Assembly (NCBI GenBank): GCA_030832825.1
Contig: JAURIJ010000009.1
Coordinates: forward strand, 8,902-72,901
Direction: 5' to 3'
Source: Gammaproteobacteria bacterium
Lineage (GTDB): Bacteria; Pseudomonadota; Gammaproteobacteria; Pseudomonadales; Pseudohongiellaceae
Length of the DNA stretch: 64,000 bases
A program made the position numbers and the translations under genes. The first letter of the stretch is position 1; every line of letters starts with the position of its first letter. The notes beneath the pieces were generated by a model. It did not search any database, was not told the DNA's origin, and saw nothing but the letters and a program-made list of their open reading frames with translations. Shown piece after piece: positions 9,095-20,554 of the stretch.

Positions 9095-11332
9095 TCAGCC
9101 CCCGGAGCTGCTCTGCAGCTGCACCGGCTCCAGCACGGGGAAGGCCACGGTCTGGCCGATCTGGATCTGACGGAAGTTGAGGTCGGGGTTGTACTGGCGC
9201 AGCAGCCACATCGGCACAGAGTACTTGCGTCGGGCCAGGTTGGCGATGTTGTCGTTCACGGCCACCTTGTACTGGTCCACATTGCGGATGCGGTACTGAC
9301 GGAAGAAATCCTGCTGCTCCTCCACATGGAACTGGCGCCGCTTCAACTCGAACTCGGCCACCGACACCTGGCTGAAATCCAGCACCAGTCTGTCTCCCAT
9401 CACCACCGGTGCGCTCGCGCGCAGATTGTTCAACTGGCGCAGCCGCGCACTGCTTACCCCCAGCCAGTCGGCATAGTGGCTCAAGGTCTCGGAGGCCTGG
9501 ATCTCGATACTCTGGTTGGTGGCCACACTGTAATCCGACGGATCGGCGGCAAGGTCTTCCTGCGCCTGCGCATTGCCTTCCTCGACGCTCGGGGCCTGCG
9601 CGAGTTCCGCCGGAGCGTCGCCATCCGACACGTCGTCCTGCGGCATGACTTCGAGCACAGGAGCGGCATCGTCCTGGATACTCAGGCTGACAGGGGCCGG
9701 CGTGGGCTCGGCCGCAGGCAGAGGCACCGCCACCGGCTCGCGGGGCGTGACGTACACGACAGGCTCTGCGGCAGGGGCATTGCTGCCGGGCAGGCGCAGT
9801 GTCTGGCCGGGATAGATCAGGTCAGGATGATCGATGTTGTTGGTCTGCAGCAGCGCCCGCTCGGAGACGCCGAAACGCCGGGCGATGGAAGAGAGCGTGT
9901 CGCCACGACGCACATCGTAGCTGGTGGCACCCGGCCGGCTGCTGCCGGCGCTCGCCGTGCTGGTGTTGCCACTGGCCTGCGCGGTGGCCGTCGCCGCGAT
10001 CTGTGCCGAGGTCTGTCCGGTGGCGGCAGCGCTGTCCTGCGGCAGCAGCAGTCGCTGGCCGACGCGGATGCGGTGACTGTCCGCCAGTTGATTCAGGGAC
10101 GTGAGTGCCGCCACCGAGGTGCTGAAGCGGCGTGCGATGGCCGACAGGCTGTCGCCGCTCTGCACCACATAGGCGATGTCGGGTGTCTGGATCGGGAAAC
10201 GCTGATCGGCGGGAATCTGGCTGACCAGCTGGGCCAGTGGAGCACGCAGGGCTTTGCGCTGCACCTTCACCACATAACCCTTGGGAATGCGCTTGCTGCC
10301 GTCCCAGACCACGGGGCGCAGGGCGGGATTGTCGAACTTGAGATGCTCCAGTGCGATGCCAAGGGTGTCGGCCAGGGTCTGGGCCTCCACGTAGTGGTCG
10401 AGTTCGAATTCGTCATACTCCGGATGCGGGTCGAGCTGCAGCACGCCGAAGAGCGTCTGCGCCTGACGCTCGACGTCCAGCACCGCCAGGAACTGCGGGT
10501 AGAAGTTGCGCGAGGCGAAGCCGAAGCTGGGCCCCTTGTAGTTCATGATGATGTCTTCGATACGGTTGGTGCCCGTCTCGCGCACCGCCCGGCTCATGCC
10601 GCCGGTGCCGTGGTTGTAGGCGGTCAGGGCCAGCGGCCAGGTGCCCAGGATGCGATAGTTGTATTCCAGCAGGCTCATGGCGGCGTAGGTGGCGGTGTAC
10701 GGGTCCATGCGCTCGTCGACGATATGGTCGATGCGCATGAAACGCTGACCCGTGGTGCGCATGAACTGCCACATGCCGGCAGCCGCCACGCTGGAATAGG
10801 CGCCGGGATGGAAAGAGGACTCCACGTGGGGCAGCGCACCCAGCTCGATGGGCAGGTTCTTGGCCCGGATCACGCTGTGGATGTGGTCACGGTAGGCGCC
10901 GGAGCGGATCAGCCCCTCGACGAAGCGGTCGGACTGGCCGAGCTGGAAGCGGACATTGCTCGCGGCCGTGGCCAACGTGTCGTTGCTGACGCCCGCTGGC
11001 CAGAGATCGAGGATGTCCTGCTCCAGGGATGTCAGGCCGCTGCGCTTGCCGCTGGCGAGTACCTTGAGGGCATCCTGGATGCGGGTGCGCTGGCGTTCGA
11101 GTTCGGGCCGGTCGTAGTCGACGCGTTGATAGACGATGGCGAGGTTGTTGGCGTCGTGGAGAAAGCCGCTCTCAGTGTCCACTTCGGTGTAGACGCGCGT
11201 CCAGAACTTGATGGCGGGCTCGAGTTCGGGTGGTCGCGGCAGCAGGTCGGAACCCTGGGCAGTCGCCGCTCCCGCGAGGCAGAGCAGGCACAGCAGCGTG
11301 AACGTGCGCAGGATTGAGGGAACAGGCGGCAT
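9095..11332 (-). CDS. Membrane-bound lytic transglycosylase with LysM repeats (MltD-like)
   Basis: SLT catalytic region (ESSFHPGAYSSVAAAGMWQFMRTTG). At least three LysM-like modules (YVVQSGDSLSAIARRF, YDVRRGDTLSSIARRFGV, YKVAVNDNIANLARRK). Start moved to ATG 11332, giving signal peptide MPPVPSILRTFTLLCLLCLAGAATAQG; the longest ORF starts at 11431. Confidence 0.88.
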   Translation of the reverse strand: MPPVPSILRTFTLLCLLCLAGAATAQGSDLLPRPPELEPAIKFWTRVYTEVDTESGFLHDANNLAIVYQRVDYDRPELERQRTRIQDALKVLASGKRSGLTSLEQDILDLWPAGVSNDTLATAASNVRFQLGQSDRFVEGLIRSGAYRDHIHSVIRAKNLPIELGALPHVESSFHPGAYSSVAAAGMWQFMRTTGQRFMRIDHIVDERMDPYTATYAAMSLLEYNYRILGTWPLALTAYNHGTGGMSRAVRETGTNRIEDIIMNYKGPSFGFASRNFYPQFLAVLDVERQAQTLFGVLQLDPHPEYDEFELDHYVEAQTLADTLGIALEHLKFDNPALRPVVWDGSKRIPKGYVVKVQRKALRAPLAQLVSQIPADQRFPIQTPDIAYVVQSGDSLSAIARRFSTSVAALTSLNQLADSHRIRVGQRLLLPQDSAAATGQTSAQIAATATAQASGNTSTASAGSSRPGATSYDVRRGDTLSSIARRFGVSERALLQTNNIDHPDLIYPGQTLRLPGSNAPAAEPVVYVTPREPVAVPLPAAEPTPAPVSLSIQDDAAPVLEVMPQDDVSDGDAPAELAQAPSVEEGNAQAQEDLAADPSDYSVATNQSIEIQASETLSHYADWLGVSSARLRQLNNLRASAPVVMGDRLVLDFSQVSVAEFELKRRQFHVEEQQDFFRQYRIRNVDQYKVAVNDNIANLARRKYSVPMWLLRQYNPDLNFRQIQIGQTVAFPVLEPVQLQSSSGG

Positions 11333-11531
11333 ATCGAGTCTCTCTGGGACACTGGCTTGGTAGACCGTCGTTCGGGACATAAATTCCGTCAGGCCGGGGC
11401 CAATACTACAAGAGCCCCCCGCAATGTCCAAGCCTGCGCGCAGCCTGTGCAGCGCCCGGGGGGCGGCGGTTTCGCCGGCATCGGCAATTGACTATACTGC
11501 GCGCCCGATGTTTCGAGCGGCAGCGCTGACG

Positions 11532-13178
11532 ATGACCGACAACAAGAAACTGGCCGAAGCCAGCCTGGAGAGCCTTTACCGCATCTTCACCGTCCCGGAA
11601 GCGCCGGATTCCACTCTGGGACTGATCGACCAGTCGATCTCCCGCAACATGGCGGGCTTCCTGCAGGAACACATCGTTGCCGCCGAGCGCGACCTGCAGC
11701 TGATCGAGAAGGACTTCGCCAACCCCCGCATTCCCGACAAGCCGATCTTCGTCTCCGAGCAGATCGACTTCCTGCTGGACAAGGTCGTCGCGCAATCCGT
11801 GCACATCGCCTCGCCCGGCTTCGTGGGCCACATGGCCTCCGCCCTGCCCTACTTCATGCTGCCCCTGGCACGCATCATGACGGCGCTGAACCAGAACCTG
11901 GTCAAGGTGGAGACCTCCAAGGCCTTCACGCCACTGGAGCGGCAGGTGATCGGCATGATCCACCAGCTGGTCTACCAGCAGGACGACGCCTTCTACGAGC
12001 GCTGGATGCACGACCGCAACCACGCCATCGGCAGTTTCTGCTCTGGCGGCACCATCGCCAATCTCACTGCGCTGTGGGCCGCCCGCAATGCACTGTTCCC
12101 GATCACGACCGATTTCGCGGGCATCGGTCAGGAAGGCCTCGCCGCCGGGCTGGTGCAGCAAGGCTATCGCGCCCTGGCGATCGTGGTCTCGGAGCGCGGG
12201 CATTACTCCCTGGGCAAGGCCGCTGACATCCTCGGCATCGGTCGCCGTCAGCTGGTGGCCGTGGAAACCGACGCCCGCAACAAGGTCAAGCCCGCAGAAC
12301 TGGCGCGCCGCTGCGACGAGCTGCAGCGCGAAGGCGTTCGCGTGATGGCGATCGTGGGGGTCGCGGGCACCTCGGAGACGGGCAGTGTCGACCCGCTGGA
12401 AGCACTGGCCGACATCGCCGCCGAACGTGACATCCATTTCCATGTCGACTCGGCCTGGGGCGGCCCCACGCTGTTCTCGCGCACCCACCGCCATCTGCTC
12501 ACGGGCATCGAGCGCGCCGACTCGGTGACCCTGGATGCCCACAAGCAACTGTATGTGCCCATGGGCGCCGGCCTGTGTGTCTTCCGGCGCCCGGAAACGC
12601 TGTCCGCCGTCGAGCACCACGCCGAATACATCATTCGCAAGGGCTCGAAGGATCTGGGCAGTCACAGTGTGGAGGGCTCGCGCCCCGGCATGGCCGTGCT
12701 GGTGCACGCCGGCCTGCACATCATCGCGCGCGAAGGCTACGAGCTGTTGATCGACCAAGGCATCGCCAAGGCCAGGGCATTCGCCGAACGAATCAAGGCC
12801 ACGGACGACTTCGAGCTGATCTCGGAGCCAGAGCTGAACATCCTGACTTACCGCTATCTGCCCGCTGCCGCACGTGAGCTGCTGGCCTCCGACAATCCGC
12901 AGATCCGCCAGCAGGCCAACAGCGTGCTCAACGCTCTGACCCGCAGCCTGCAGAAGACTCAGCGCGGTCTTGGCAAGTCCTTCGTGTCACGCACACAGCT
13001 GACGCCCGAACACCATAAGCGCACACCCATCGTCGTGTTCCGGGTGGTGCTCGCCAACCCACTCACGACACTGGAGATTCTGGACAATATCCTGCAGGAA
13101 CAACGGGAGCTGGCAGCGCGCGCCCCGGTGCTGCAGTTTGTCGAGAAGCTGCAGGCACTGGCGCAGGGCGCGCACTGA
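11532..13178 (+). CDS. PLP-dependent group II decarboxylase, PanP-like (putative aspartate 1-decarboxylase)
   Basis: PLP-lysine context SVTLDAHKQLYVPMGAGLCVF. N-terminal SLYRIFTVPEAPDSTL is typical of the pyridoxal-dependent aspartate decarboxylase clade as I recall it. Start set at ATG 11532 (MTDNKKLAE); the longest ORF (11424) would overlap the divergent promoter region. Confidence 0.75.
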   Translation: MTDNKKLAEASLESLYRIFTVPEAPDSTLGLIDQSISRNMAGFLQEHIVAAERDLQLIEKDFANPRIPDKPIFVSEQIDFLLDKVVAQSVHIASPGFVGHMASALPYFMLPLARIMTALNQNLVKVETSKAFTPLERQVIGMIHQLVYQQDDAFYERWMHDRNHAIGSFCSGGTIANLTALWAARNALFPITTDFAGIGQEGLAAGLVQQGYRALAIVVSERGHYSLGKAADILGIGRRQLVAVETDARNKVKPAELARRCDELQREGVRVMAIVGVAGTSETGSVDPLEALADIAAERDIHFHVDSAWGGPTLFSRTHRHLLTGIERADSVTLDAHKQLYVPMGAGLCVFRRPETLSAVEHHAEYIIRKGSKDLGSHSVEGSRPGMAVLVHAGLHIIAREGYELLIDQGIAKARAFAERIKATDDFELISEPELNILTYRYLPAAARELLASDNPQIRQQANSVLNALTRSLQKTQRGLGKSFVSRTQLTPEHHKRTPIVVFRVVLANPLTTLEILDNILQEQRELAARAPVLQFVEKLQALAQGAH

Positions 13179-13187
13179 GCGGAAGAA

Positions 13188-14150
13188 TCAAGGCAGCGAG
13201 TCGGCCTCGTTTTCCTTGGGCGGGGGCAACAGGTCTTCCTTGCTGACATTCATCATCAGCAACAGAGTGGACCCAACGTAGATGGACGAATACGTGCCGA
13301 TGATGATGCCCAGCGTCAGGGCGGTGGCGAAGCCCTTGATGGAGTCACCCCCGGCGAACAACATGGCCAGCACCACCAGCAACGTGGTGCCTGACGTGAT
13401 GGTGGTCCTGCTCAGTGTCTGATTGAGGGAGATGTTGATCAGCTCGGCCGGCGTGCTCTTGCGCAGCACGCGGAAGTTCTCCCGCACCCGGTCGAACACC
13501 ACGATCTTGTCGTTCACCGAATAGCCAATGATGGCCAGAACTGCCGCCAGCACGGTGAGATCGAATTGCAGCCTGGCCAGCGAGAATACCCCCAGCGTGA
13601 TGATCACGTCGTGCATCAGACCAAGCACCGCCGCAATGGCGAACTTGGACTGAAAACGGGCGCCGACGTAAATCATCACCATGCCCAGAGACACCAGAAT
13701 GCCCATGCCACCACTTTCGGCGAGTTCTTCGCCCACTCGCGGTCCCACGAACTCCATGCGGCGTATCTCGACGTCGGCAGAGGTCCCCGCCTGCAATGTC
13801 GACAGCAACTCCTCACCAAGCACAACGAGCTGGCTGGCCATTTCGACCTCGGAGAGGCTTTCGTCTACCGGCATGCGAATCAGGATGTCCTGATCCGAAC
13901 CAAAGGCCACTACCTGGGCTTCTTCATAACCTGCCGCAGCCAGTTGAGCACTGATCTGGGGCACCGCCACAGGCTCGGAGTACCCTACCTCCACCAGTGA
14001 GCCGCTGGTGAAGTCCAGCCCGAGCTCCAGCGAGTTGATCAGCAGAGATCCAAGCGAGATGAGCACTGCCACTGCAGAGACATACGTGAGCCTGCGGCCC
14101 GTGGTCACGAAGTCAAACGATGTTTTTCCAAACGCCATACCTTTCTCCAA
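13188..14150 (-). CDS. secF: Protein translocase subunit SecF
   Basis: 320-aa ORF with SecF layout and motifs (LGLDFTSGSLVEV, six TM helices), directly downstream of secD. Alternative start ATG 14138. Confidence 0.93.
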   Translation of the reverse strand: MEKGMAFGKTSFDFVTTGRRLTYVSAVAVLISLGSLLINSLELGLDFTSGSLVEVGYSEPVAVPQISAQLAAAGYEEAQVVAFGSDQDILIRMPVDESLSEVEMASQLVVLGEELLSTLQAGTSADVEIRRMEFVGPRVGEELAESGGMGILVSLGMVMIYVGARFQSKFAIAAVLGLMHDVIITLGVFSLARLQFDLTVLAAVLAIIGYSVNDKIVVFDRVRENFRVLRKSTPAELINISLNQTLSRTTITSGTTLLVVLAMLFAGGDSIKGFATALTLGIIIGTYSSIYVGSTLLLMMNVSKEDLLPPPKENEADSLP

Positions 14151-14197
14151 AACCTTTCATGACGGCCTTGCTGGCAACTGCACGACTGGCAGTGCGC

Positions 14198-16048
14198 TCA
14201 GGCATAAGCTCCGATGGACAGTGACTTCACCTGACGGCCGCCGTACATCAGATTCACCACGGCACGAGTGATCACAATGGCGGTCCAGACGGACGTGAAG
14301 ATGCCAATCATCAGCGTGACGGCGAAGCCCTTCACCGGACCTGTGCCGATGGAGAAGAGCACGATGCCCACCAGCAGGGTGGTGAGGTTGGCGTCCAGGA
14401 TCGTGCCGAGTGCGCGATCGAAACCGGCAGCGATCGCGCCCTGAGGGGACAGACCATTGGCAATTTCCTCGCGGATTCGTGTGAAGATCAGCACGTTGGC
14501 GTCCACCGCCATGCCCATGATCAGCACGATACCGAAGATGCCGGGCAGAGTGAGCGTGGCGGAGATGATGGACATGATGGCCACCAGCAACAGCAGGTTG
14601 ACGCCCAGGGCGATATTGGCAGCCAGTCCGAAGAGCCGGTAGTAGAACAGCATGAACACCACCACCATGCCGACTCCGATGAACGTGGCGCGCTTGCCCT
14701 GCTCGATGTTCTCTGCCCCCATGCTCGGGCCCAGCGTGCGCTCTTCCACGAAGTACATCGGCGCGGCGAGAGCGCCGGAGCGGATCAGCAGCGAGAGCTC
14801 GTTGGCTTCCGTCGTCGTCAGACCGGTGATGACAAACTCGCGGCCGAGCGCTGCCCGTATTGTGGCGTGACTGATCAGACGCTTCTCTTCGTAGGTCTCC
14901 TGACGTTCGACCATGTTGCCGTTCTCGTCAGGTTCCAGCACCGTGCGCGTCTTGGTCTCACTGAGGACGATGTCCATCAGGCGACCGATGTTGTCACGGG
15001 TCACACGGCTGAACTGCTCCCCGCCCTGGGCATCCAGGTTGATCGCCACCTGGGGCAGACCCTGCTGGTCGAGCGTGGAACGCACGTTGCTGACACGGTC
15101 GCCCTGCAGAATGACTTCATTGCTGACATCCACCAGCATGCCCTGATAGTCGTAGGTGGTGTAGGACGAGGGAGGCGATCCGGGCGCGGCTTCCAGATGG
15201 AAATTGAGCGTGGCGATACGCTGCAGGATGCGCTTGGCCTGGGCCGTGTCCTGCACGCCCGGCAACTCCACCACGATGCGGTTGGCGCCCTGCTGCTGCA
15301 CCACTGGCTCCGCGACGCCGAGCGAGTCGACACGGTTGAGGATGGTGGTCTTGTTGGCAGCGATGGTGTCACGCTGCATCTGCAGGATGTCGGCTTCCGC
15401 AAGACTCATGTCCAGGAAGAAATCGTCGCCCTGCTCGCGGTTGATTGTCTGCAATTCCACGAAGTTCTCGCGAATGAGGGCACGGGCTGCGGAGCGAGAC
15501 TCCTCATCATCGAAGCGGGCAACAATCAGGTTGGGCTCATCCAGTTCGATCGCACGAGAGCGAATGCGCTCGCTGCGCAGCAGCTGGCGGATGGTGCTGA
15601 CGGTGTTGTCCATGCGTCGCTCGAGGGCCGCTTCCATGTCGACTTCCATGAGGAAGTGCACACCACCCTGCAGGTCGAGCCCCAGGCTCATCTTGCCGGC
15701 GTTCAGTGCCTGCAGCCAGCCGGGAGTGGTCGGTGCCAGATTCAGCGCGGTGAAGTAACCACTGCCAATGGCGGCCTCGATCACCGACTTGCCTCGCAAC
15801 TGATCGTCGAGATTGGCAAAGCGGATGATGCCGGAACGCCCGTCCACCGTCTCGCCGAAGAAATCGATGCCTTCGGCACGCAGCGCGTCGGTGGCAGTGG
15901 CAATCAGGAATTCGTCGACGGGATCGCTTTCGTGCGTGATCTGCACGGCAGGGTCGTCCGGATAGAGATTGGGTGCCGAATAGATGGCACCCAGCACCAC
16001 GACAAAGAGAATGAGGAGATTCTTCCAGAGAGGATACTTGTTCAGCAT
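14198..16048 (-). CDS. secD: Protein translocase subunit SecD
   Basis: 616-aa ORF with MLNKYPLWKNLLILFVVVLGAIYSAPNLY N-terminus, a large periplasmic domain and a C-terminal six-TM SecD/F domain. Confidence 0.95.
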   Translation of the reverse strand: MLNKYPLWKNLLILFVVVLGAIYSAPNLYPDDPAVQITHESDPVDEFLIATATDALRAEGIDFFGETVDGRSGIIRFANLDDQLRGKSVIEAAIGSGYFTALNLAPTTPGWLQALNAGKMSLGLDLQGGVHFLMEVDMEAALERRMDNTVSTIRQLLRSERIRSRAIELDEPNLIVARFDDEESRSAARALIRENFVELQTINREQGDDFFLDMSLAEADILQMQRDTIAANKTTILNRVDSLGVAEPVVQQQGANRIVVELPGVQDTAQAKRILQRIATLNFHLEAAPGSPPSSYTTYDYQGMLVDVSNEVILQGDRVSNVRSTLDQQGLPQVAINLDAQGGEQFSRVTRDNIGRLMDIVLSETKTRTVLEPDENGNMVERQETYEEKRLISHATIRAALGREFVITGLTTTEANELSLLIRSGALAAPMYFVEERTLGPSMGAENIEQGKRATFIGVGMVVVFMLFYYRLFGLAANIALGVNLLLLVAIMSIISATLTLPGIFGIVLIMGMAVDANVLIFTRIREEIANGLSPQGAIAAGFDRALGTILDANLTTLLVGIVLFSIGTGPVKGFAVTLMIGIFTSVWTAIVITRAVVNLMYGGRQVKSLSIGAYA

Positions 16049-16097
16049 GTCATGTTCACTCGCAGAGGCTGCCTGATGACTCGGCGGCCGGGTTCAC

Positions 16098-16430
16098 TTA
16101 CTGAATCGACTTGATCGTGCCCTTGGGCAGCGCGGCAGCGATCGACAGCTTCTGCATGCAAAGCTCTACCCCGTCGGCCACCTGCAGAGTGACGTAATCA
16201 TCGGTGACCTTGGTCACTCTGCCGAGCAAGCCACCGCTTGTCAGCACTTCATCGCCCTTGACCAGGCCGGCCACCAGCTCGCGGTGCTCCTTGGCGCGCT
16301 TGGACTGCGGGCGCCATAGAACCAGATAGAACAACACGAACATGCCGCCAATGAAGATCAGGTTGAAGACGGGACTCGGGCCCTGGACCGCGGCGTCCTG
16401 CGCATGAGCGGCGCTGATGAAGAAGTTCAT
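16098..16430 (-). CDS. yajC: Preprotein translocase subunit YajC
   Basis: 110-aa ORF with the motif FYLVLWRPQSKRAKEHRELV...GDEVLTSGGLLGRV, lying between tgt and secD as in the canonical operon. Confidence 0.93.
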   Translation of the reverse strand: MNFFISAAHAQDAAVQGPSPVFNLIFIGGMFVLFYLVLWRPQSKRAKEHRELVAGLVKGDEVLTSGGLLGRVTKVTDDYVTLQVADGVELCMQKLSIAAALPKGTIKSIQ

Positions 16431-16523
16431 GGTGTCGATCTCTCTGTAGATGATGTGCGATGCATGGGGTCTGTGGCGCTTCGTCAGCGACCCGACTCGG
16501 GCCGGCGATCTGAAGGCTTTGGA

Positions 16524-17666
<1,143 letters not shown>

Positions 17667-19253
17667 TCAGTGTTCCCGCGTGGCGTGGAATTCGATCTCG
17701 GGCCAGCGCTCCTCCATCAACGCCAGATTGACGCGGGAAGGGGCCAGATAGGTCAGGTGCTCGCCGCCATCCACGGCGACGTTGTCGTAGGCCTTCTTGC
17801 GGAACTCCTCGAGTTTCGCTCGGTCCTTGCTGCGCACCCAGCGGGCGCTGTGGACACTCACGCCTTCGTACAGACAATCCACCTTGTATTCATCCTGCAG
17901 GCGGAAGGCGACGACCTCGAACTGCAGAGCGCCGACCGCCCCCACGATCAGGTCGTTGTTCTTCAGCGGCATGAACACCTGCACCGAACCTTCCTCGGCC
18001 AGCTGCTTCAGCCCCTTCTGCAACTGCTTCATCTTCAGCGGGTCCTTCAGGCGGATGCGCTTGAAGAGCTCCGGGGCGAAGTGGGGGATGCCCGTGAACT
18101 GCAGCTGCTCGCCTTCCGTGAAGGTGTCACCGATCTGGATGGTACCGTGATTGTGAAAGCCCAGGATGTCGCCAGAGACGGCCTCTTCCGCCTGCTCGCG
18201 CTCGCCGGCCAGGAAGGTGACGGCGTCGCTGACACGCACCTCCTTGCCAATGCGCGTGTGCAGCACTTTCATGCCCCGCGTATAGGCGCCCGAGCACACC
18301 CGCAGGAAGGCCACGCGGTCACGGTGGTTAGGGTCCATGTTGGCCTGGATCTTGAAAACGAAAGCGCTGAACGGAGGCTCATCGGGCGCCACCAGACGGG
18401 TCTGGGTCTTGCGTGGCAGGGGCGACGGCGCCCATTCCACGAATTGCTCCAGCATCTCGCGAACGCCGAAATTGCCCAGGGCGGTGCCGAAATAGACAGG
18501 CGTCATGCGGCCGGCCAGATACTCGTTCACGTCGAACAGATTGCTGGCGCCGCGCACCAGCTCGATGTCCATCTGCACATCGTCGGCGTAGGCGCCCAGC
18601 AGCGCGCGGGCCTCAGGACTGTCGAGGCCCTGTATGCGGACATCATCCGGAATCCGATCACCCTGCCCCTGCTGGTAGACGTGAATCGTGTCGGTGTAGA
18701 GGTTGTAGGCGCCCTTGAATTCCTTTCCCATGCCCAGCGGCCAGTTGATCGGCGCGCATCGGATCTTGAGCACGGTCTCTATCTCGTCCAGCACCTCAAT
18801 GGGGTTGAGGGTCTCGCGATCGAGCTTGTTGACGAAGGTGAAGATGGGGGTGTCACGCAGACGGCAGACGTCCATCAGCTTGATGGTGCGCTCTTCCACG
18901 CCCTTGGCACCATCCACCACCATGAGTGCTGAGTCCACCGCCGTGAGCACGCGGTAGGTATCCTCGGAGAAGTCCTCGTGACCGGGCGTGTCCAGCAGAT
19001 TCACGATGCGGTCATTGTAGGGAAACTGCATCACGGAGGAGGTCACCGAAATGCCGCGTTGCTGCTCCATGGCCATCCAGTCGGACGTGGCGTGGCGATC
19101 GGACTTCTTGCCCTTGACCGTCCCGCCCTTCTGGATCAGGCGCCCCAGCAGGAGCAGCTTTTCGGTGATGGTGGTCTTGCCGGCGTCAGGGTGGGAAATG
19201 ATGGCAAAGGTGCGTCGACGGGCGATTTCGTCTGCCAGGGCACTCAGGGTCAT
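17667..19253 (-). CDS. prfC: Peptide chain release factor 3
   Basis: 528-aa ORF with GTPase G1 [13 protein letters not shown] and [11 protein letters not shown], and full-length RF3 architecture. Confidence 0.95.
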   Translation of the reverse strand: MTLSALADEIARRRTFAIISHPDAGKTTITEKLLLLGRLIQKGGTVKGKKSDRHATSDWMAMEQQRGISVTSSVMQFPYNDRIVNLLDTPGHEDFSEDTYRVLTAVDSALMVVDGAKGVEERTIKLMDVCRLRDTPIFTFVNKLDRETLNPIEVLDEIETVLKIRCAPINWPLGMGKEFKGAYNLYTDTIHVYQQGQGDRIPDDVRIQGLDSPEARALLGAYADDVQMDIELVRGASNLFDVNEYLAGRMTPVYFGTALGNFGVREMLEQFVEWAPSPLPRKTQTRLVAPDEPPFSAFVFKIQANMDPNHRDRVAFLRVCSGAYTRGMKVLHTRIGKEVRVSDAVTFLAGEREQAEEAVSGDILGFHNHGTIQIGDTFTEGEQLQFTGIPHFAPELFKRIRLKDPLKMKQLQKGLKQLAEEGSVQVFMPLKNNDLIVGAVGALQFEVVAFRLQDEYKVDCLYEGVSVHSARWVRSKDRAKLEEFRKKAYDNVAVDGGEHLTYLAPSRVNLALMEERWPEIEFHATREH

Positions 19254-19338
19254 GAATTGATTCCTGTACTGATTGGGAGCTCGCAGCCCGACGGGCGCTG
19301 ATCACGGAAGCTTGGGAAATGACAGCTGGCGGGAGACG

Positions 19339-20130
19339 TTAGTGCACGGTTGCGGAAGCAGGACGACCCGTGGTGATGGCAAAATCCGGATGCAGCAGGT
19401 CGGCACGCTTGACCAGCAAAAGATCATGCCGGCTCAGACGCTCATCTTCCCCTTCGGACTCCACATCGATCTCATCCAGCAGAACGCAGACCACTTCCTC
19501 GTTGTCGATGTCCACGACAACGCAGCGCTTGAAGCCATCAAGCGTGTTCAGGGATGCGAAGCTGCCAATGTCACAGGGGTGGGCCGGGTAGACGCCGCTT
19601 GAGGGCTTCAACACCCCTTGGGAACTGTAGGCCATGCCGAAGCCGGCGGCTGCCACCACGTGAATGATGTCGATGATGGCTGGGTCCGTGAGATCGATGC
19701 GCACGCTGTCGAGCATGGCGAGTCGGTGCTCATTCTGTTCGTGTGCCACCAGTTTCAGGAACAGGCTGATGTCGTCCTGATTCCATTCCAGCATTTCTTC
19801 GGTTTCCGCGCGCGAGCTGTCAGAGGCAAAACTGACGACGCTGGTCTCGATGGTCAGATCGCGCCGGTCGTCATCGGATTCGTAGGGAACCACCATGGAC
19901 ACTGCGCACAGACCTTCGCTGGACTCTGGGCTCAGCCTCCACAAGAAAGGAATGTCACCGGTCAGCTCTACCATTTTCACGCCACGGATCACAGAAAACA
20001 CGCCGACACGATACCACCGATGTCCAGACAAGACAAAGTCATAATCCCCCGGCGACGCGCTCGCACGCCCGACTGGTAACACTTTCGAGCAGGTTTTGTT
20101 TCCTTCCTGCACACTCGGAAAATGCCCCAT
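19339..20130 (-). CDS. Hypothetical acidic protein, no family recognised
   Basis: 263-aa ORF with GC3-rich codons over most of its length. The first ~52 codons use atypical AT-ending codons, so ATG 19974 (MVELTGD...) may be the real start. Confidence 0.6.
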   Translation of the reverse strand: MGHFPSVQEGNKTCSKVLPVGRASASPGDYDFVLSGHRWYRVGVFSVIRGVKMVELTGDIPFLWRLSPESSEGLCAVSMVVPYESDDDRRDLTIETSVVSFASDSSRAETEEMLEWNQDDISLFLKLVAHEQNEHRLAMLDSVRIDLTDPAIIDIIHVVAAAGFGMAYSSQGVLKPSSGVYPAHPCDIGSFASLNTLDGFKRCVVVDIDNEEVVCVLLDEIDVESEGEDERLSRHDLLLVKRADLLHPDFAITTGRPASATVH

Positions 20131-20214
20131 CCAATGCTTGCGTCAAGTGGCGCACATTCGCGGCGATTGGCGGTTGACGACGAATGCTGATTGTGATGTG
20201 ACGCCCTGAAATTC

Positions 20215-20249
20215 TTTTCCACAGAATCTGTGGATAAGTCAGTTGATAA
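20215..20249. promoter_or_regulatory. Inverted pair of DnaA boxes plus a weaker third box
   Basis: TTTTCCACA (20215..20223, 8/9 to TTATCCACA) faces TGTGGATAA (20229..20237, 9/9 on the other strand), forming the palindrome TCCACAGAATCTGTGGA. AGTTGATAA (20241..20249) matches 7/9. Confidence 0.5.
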
Positions 20250-20417
20250 GGTGAAAATAATGCCCGCAAACGCTGAAAAATCCGCACTTCCACACAAGTT
20301 GGTTATTTTTTAACCAATTTCTTTTCTTAATTTATTTCAAATAGATAGCAAATTATCGAACGTTCTCACCGCGAAAAACGTGGGTTTTCAAGAGAAACGT
20401 GACAAAGCAGCCAATTG

Positions 20418-20426
20418 TGTGCATAA
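20418..20426. promoter_or_regulatory. Additional DnaA-box-like site (8/9)
   Basis: TGTGCATAA versus TGTGGATAA, within the same low-GC intergenic region. A TATAAT hexamer lies at about 20499. Confidence 0.3.
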
Positions 20427-20554
20427 AAGCAGGGCACTTTTAAAAAACTTGTTGAATGGCGACGGTTTGAACGCTGTTTTTATTAGCTTTTCTTGCTCTA
20501 TAATCCGGTTAGATTCTGCTCTTTCAGGCAGCCCCGCACCCAAGTGAACCGCAA

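Noticed and set aside
20215-20426. The DnaA-box cluster plus AT-rich stretch as the chromosomal replication origin (oriC).
   Set aside because: Only about four boxes are present, and I saw no GATC cluster or 13-mer-like repeats. None of the usual flanking genes (dnaA/dnaN/rpmH or gidA/mioC) is here. I kept it as a regulatory or titration-site candidate only.
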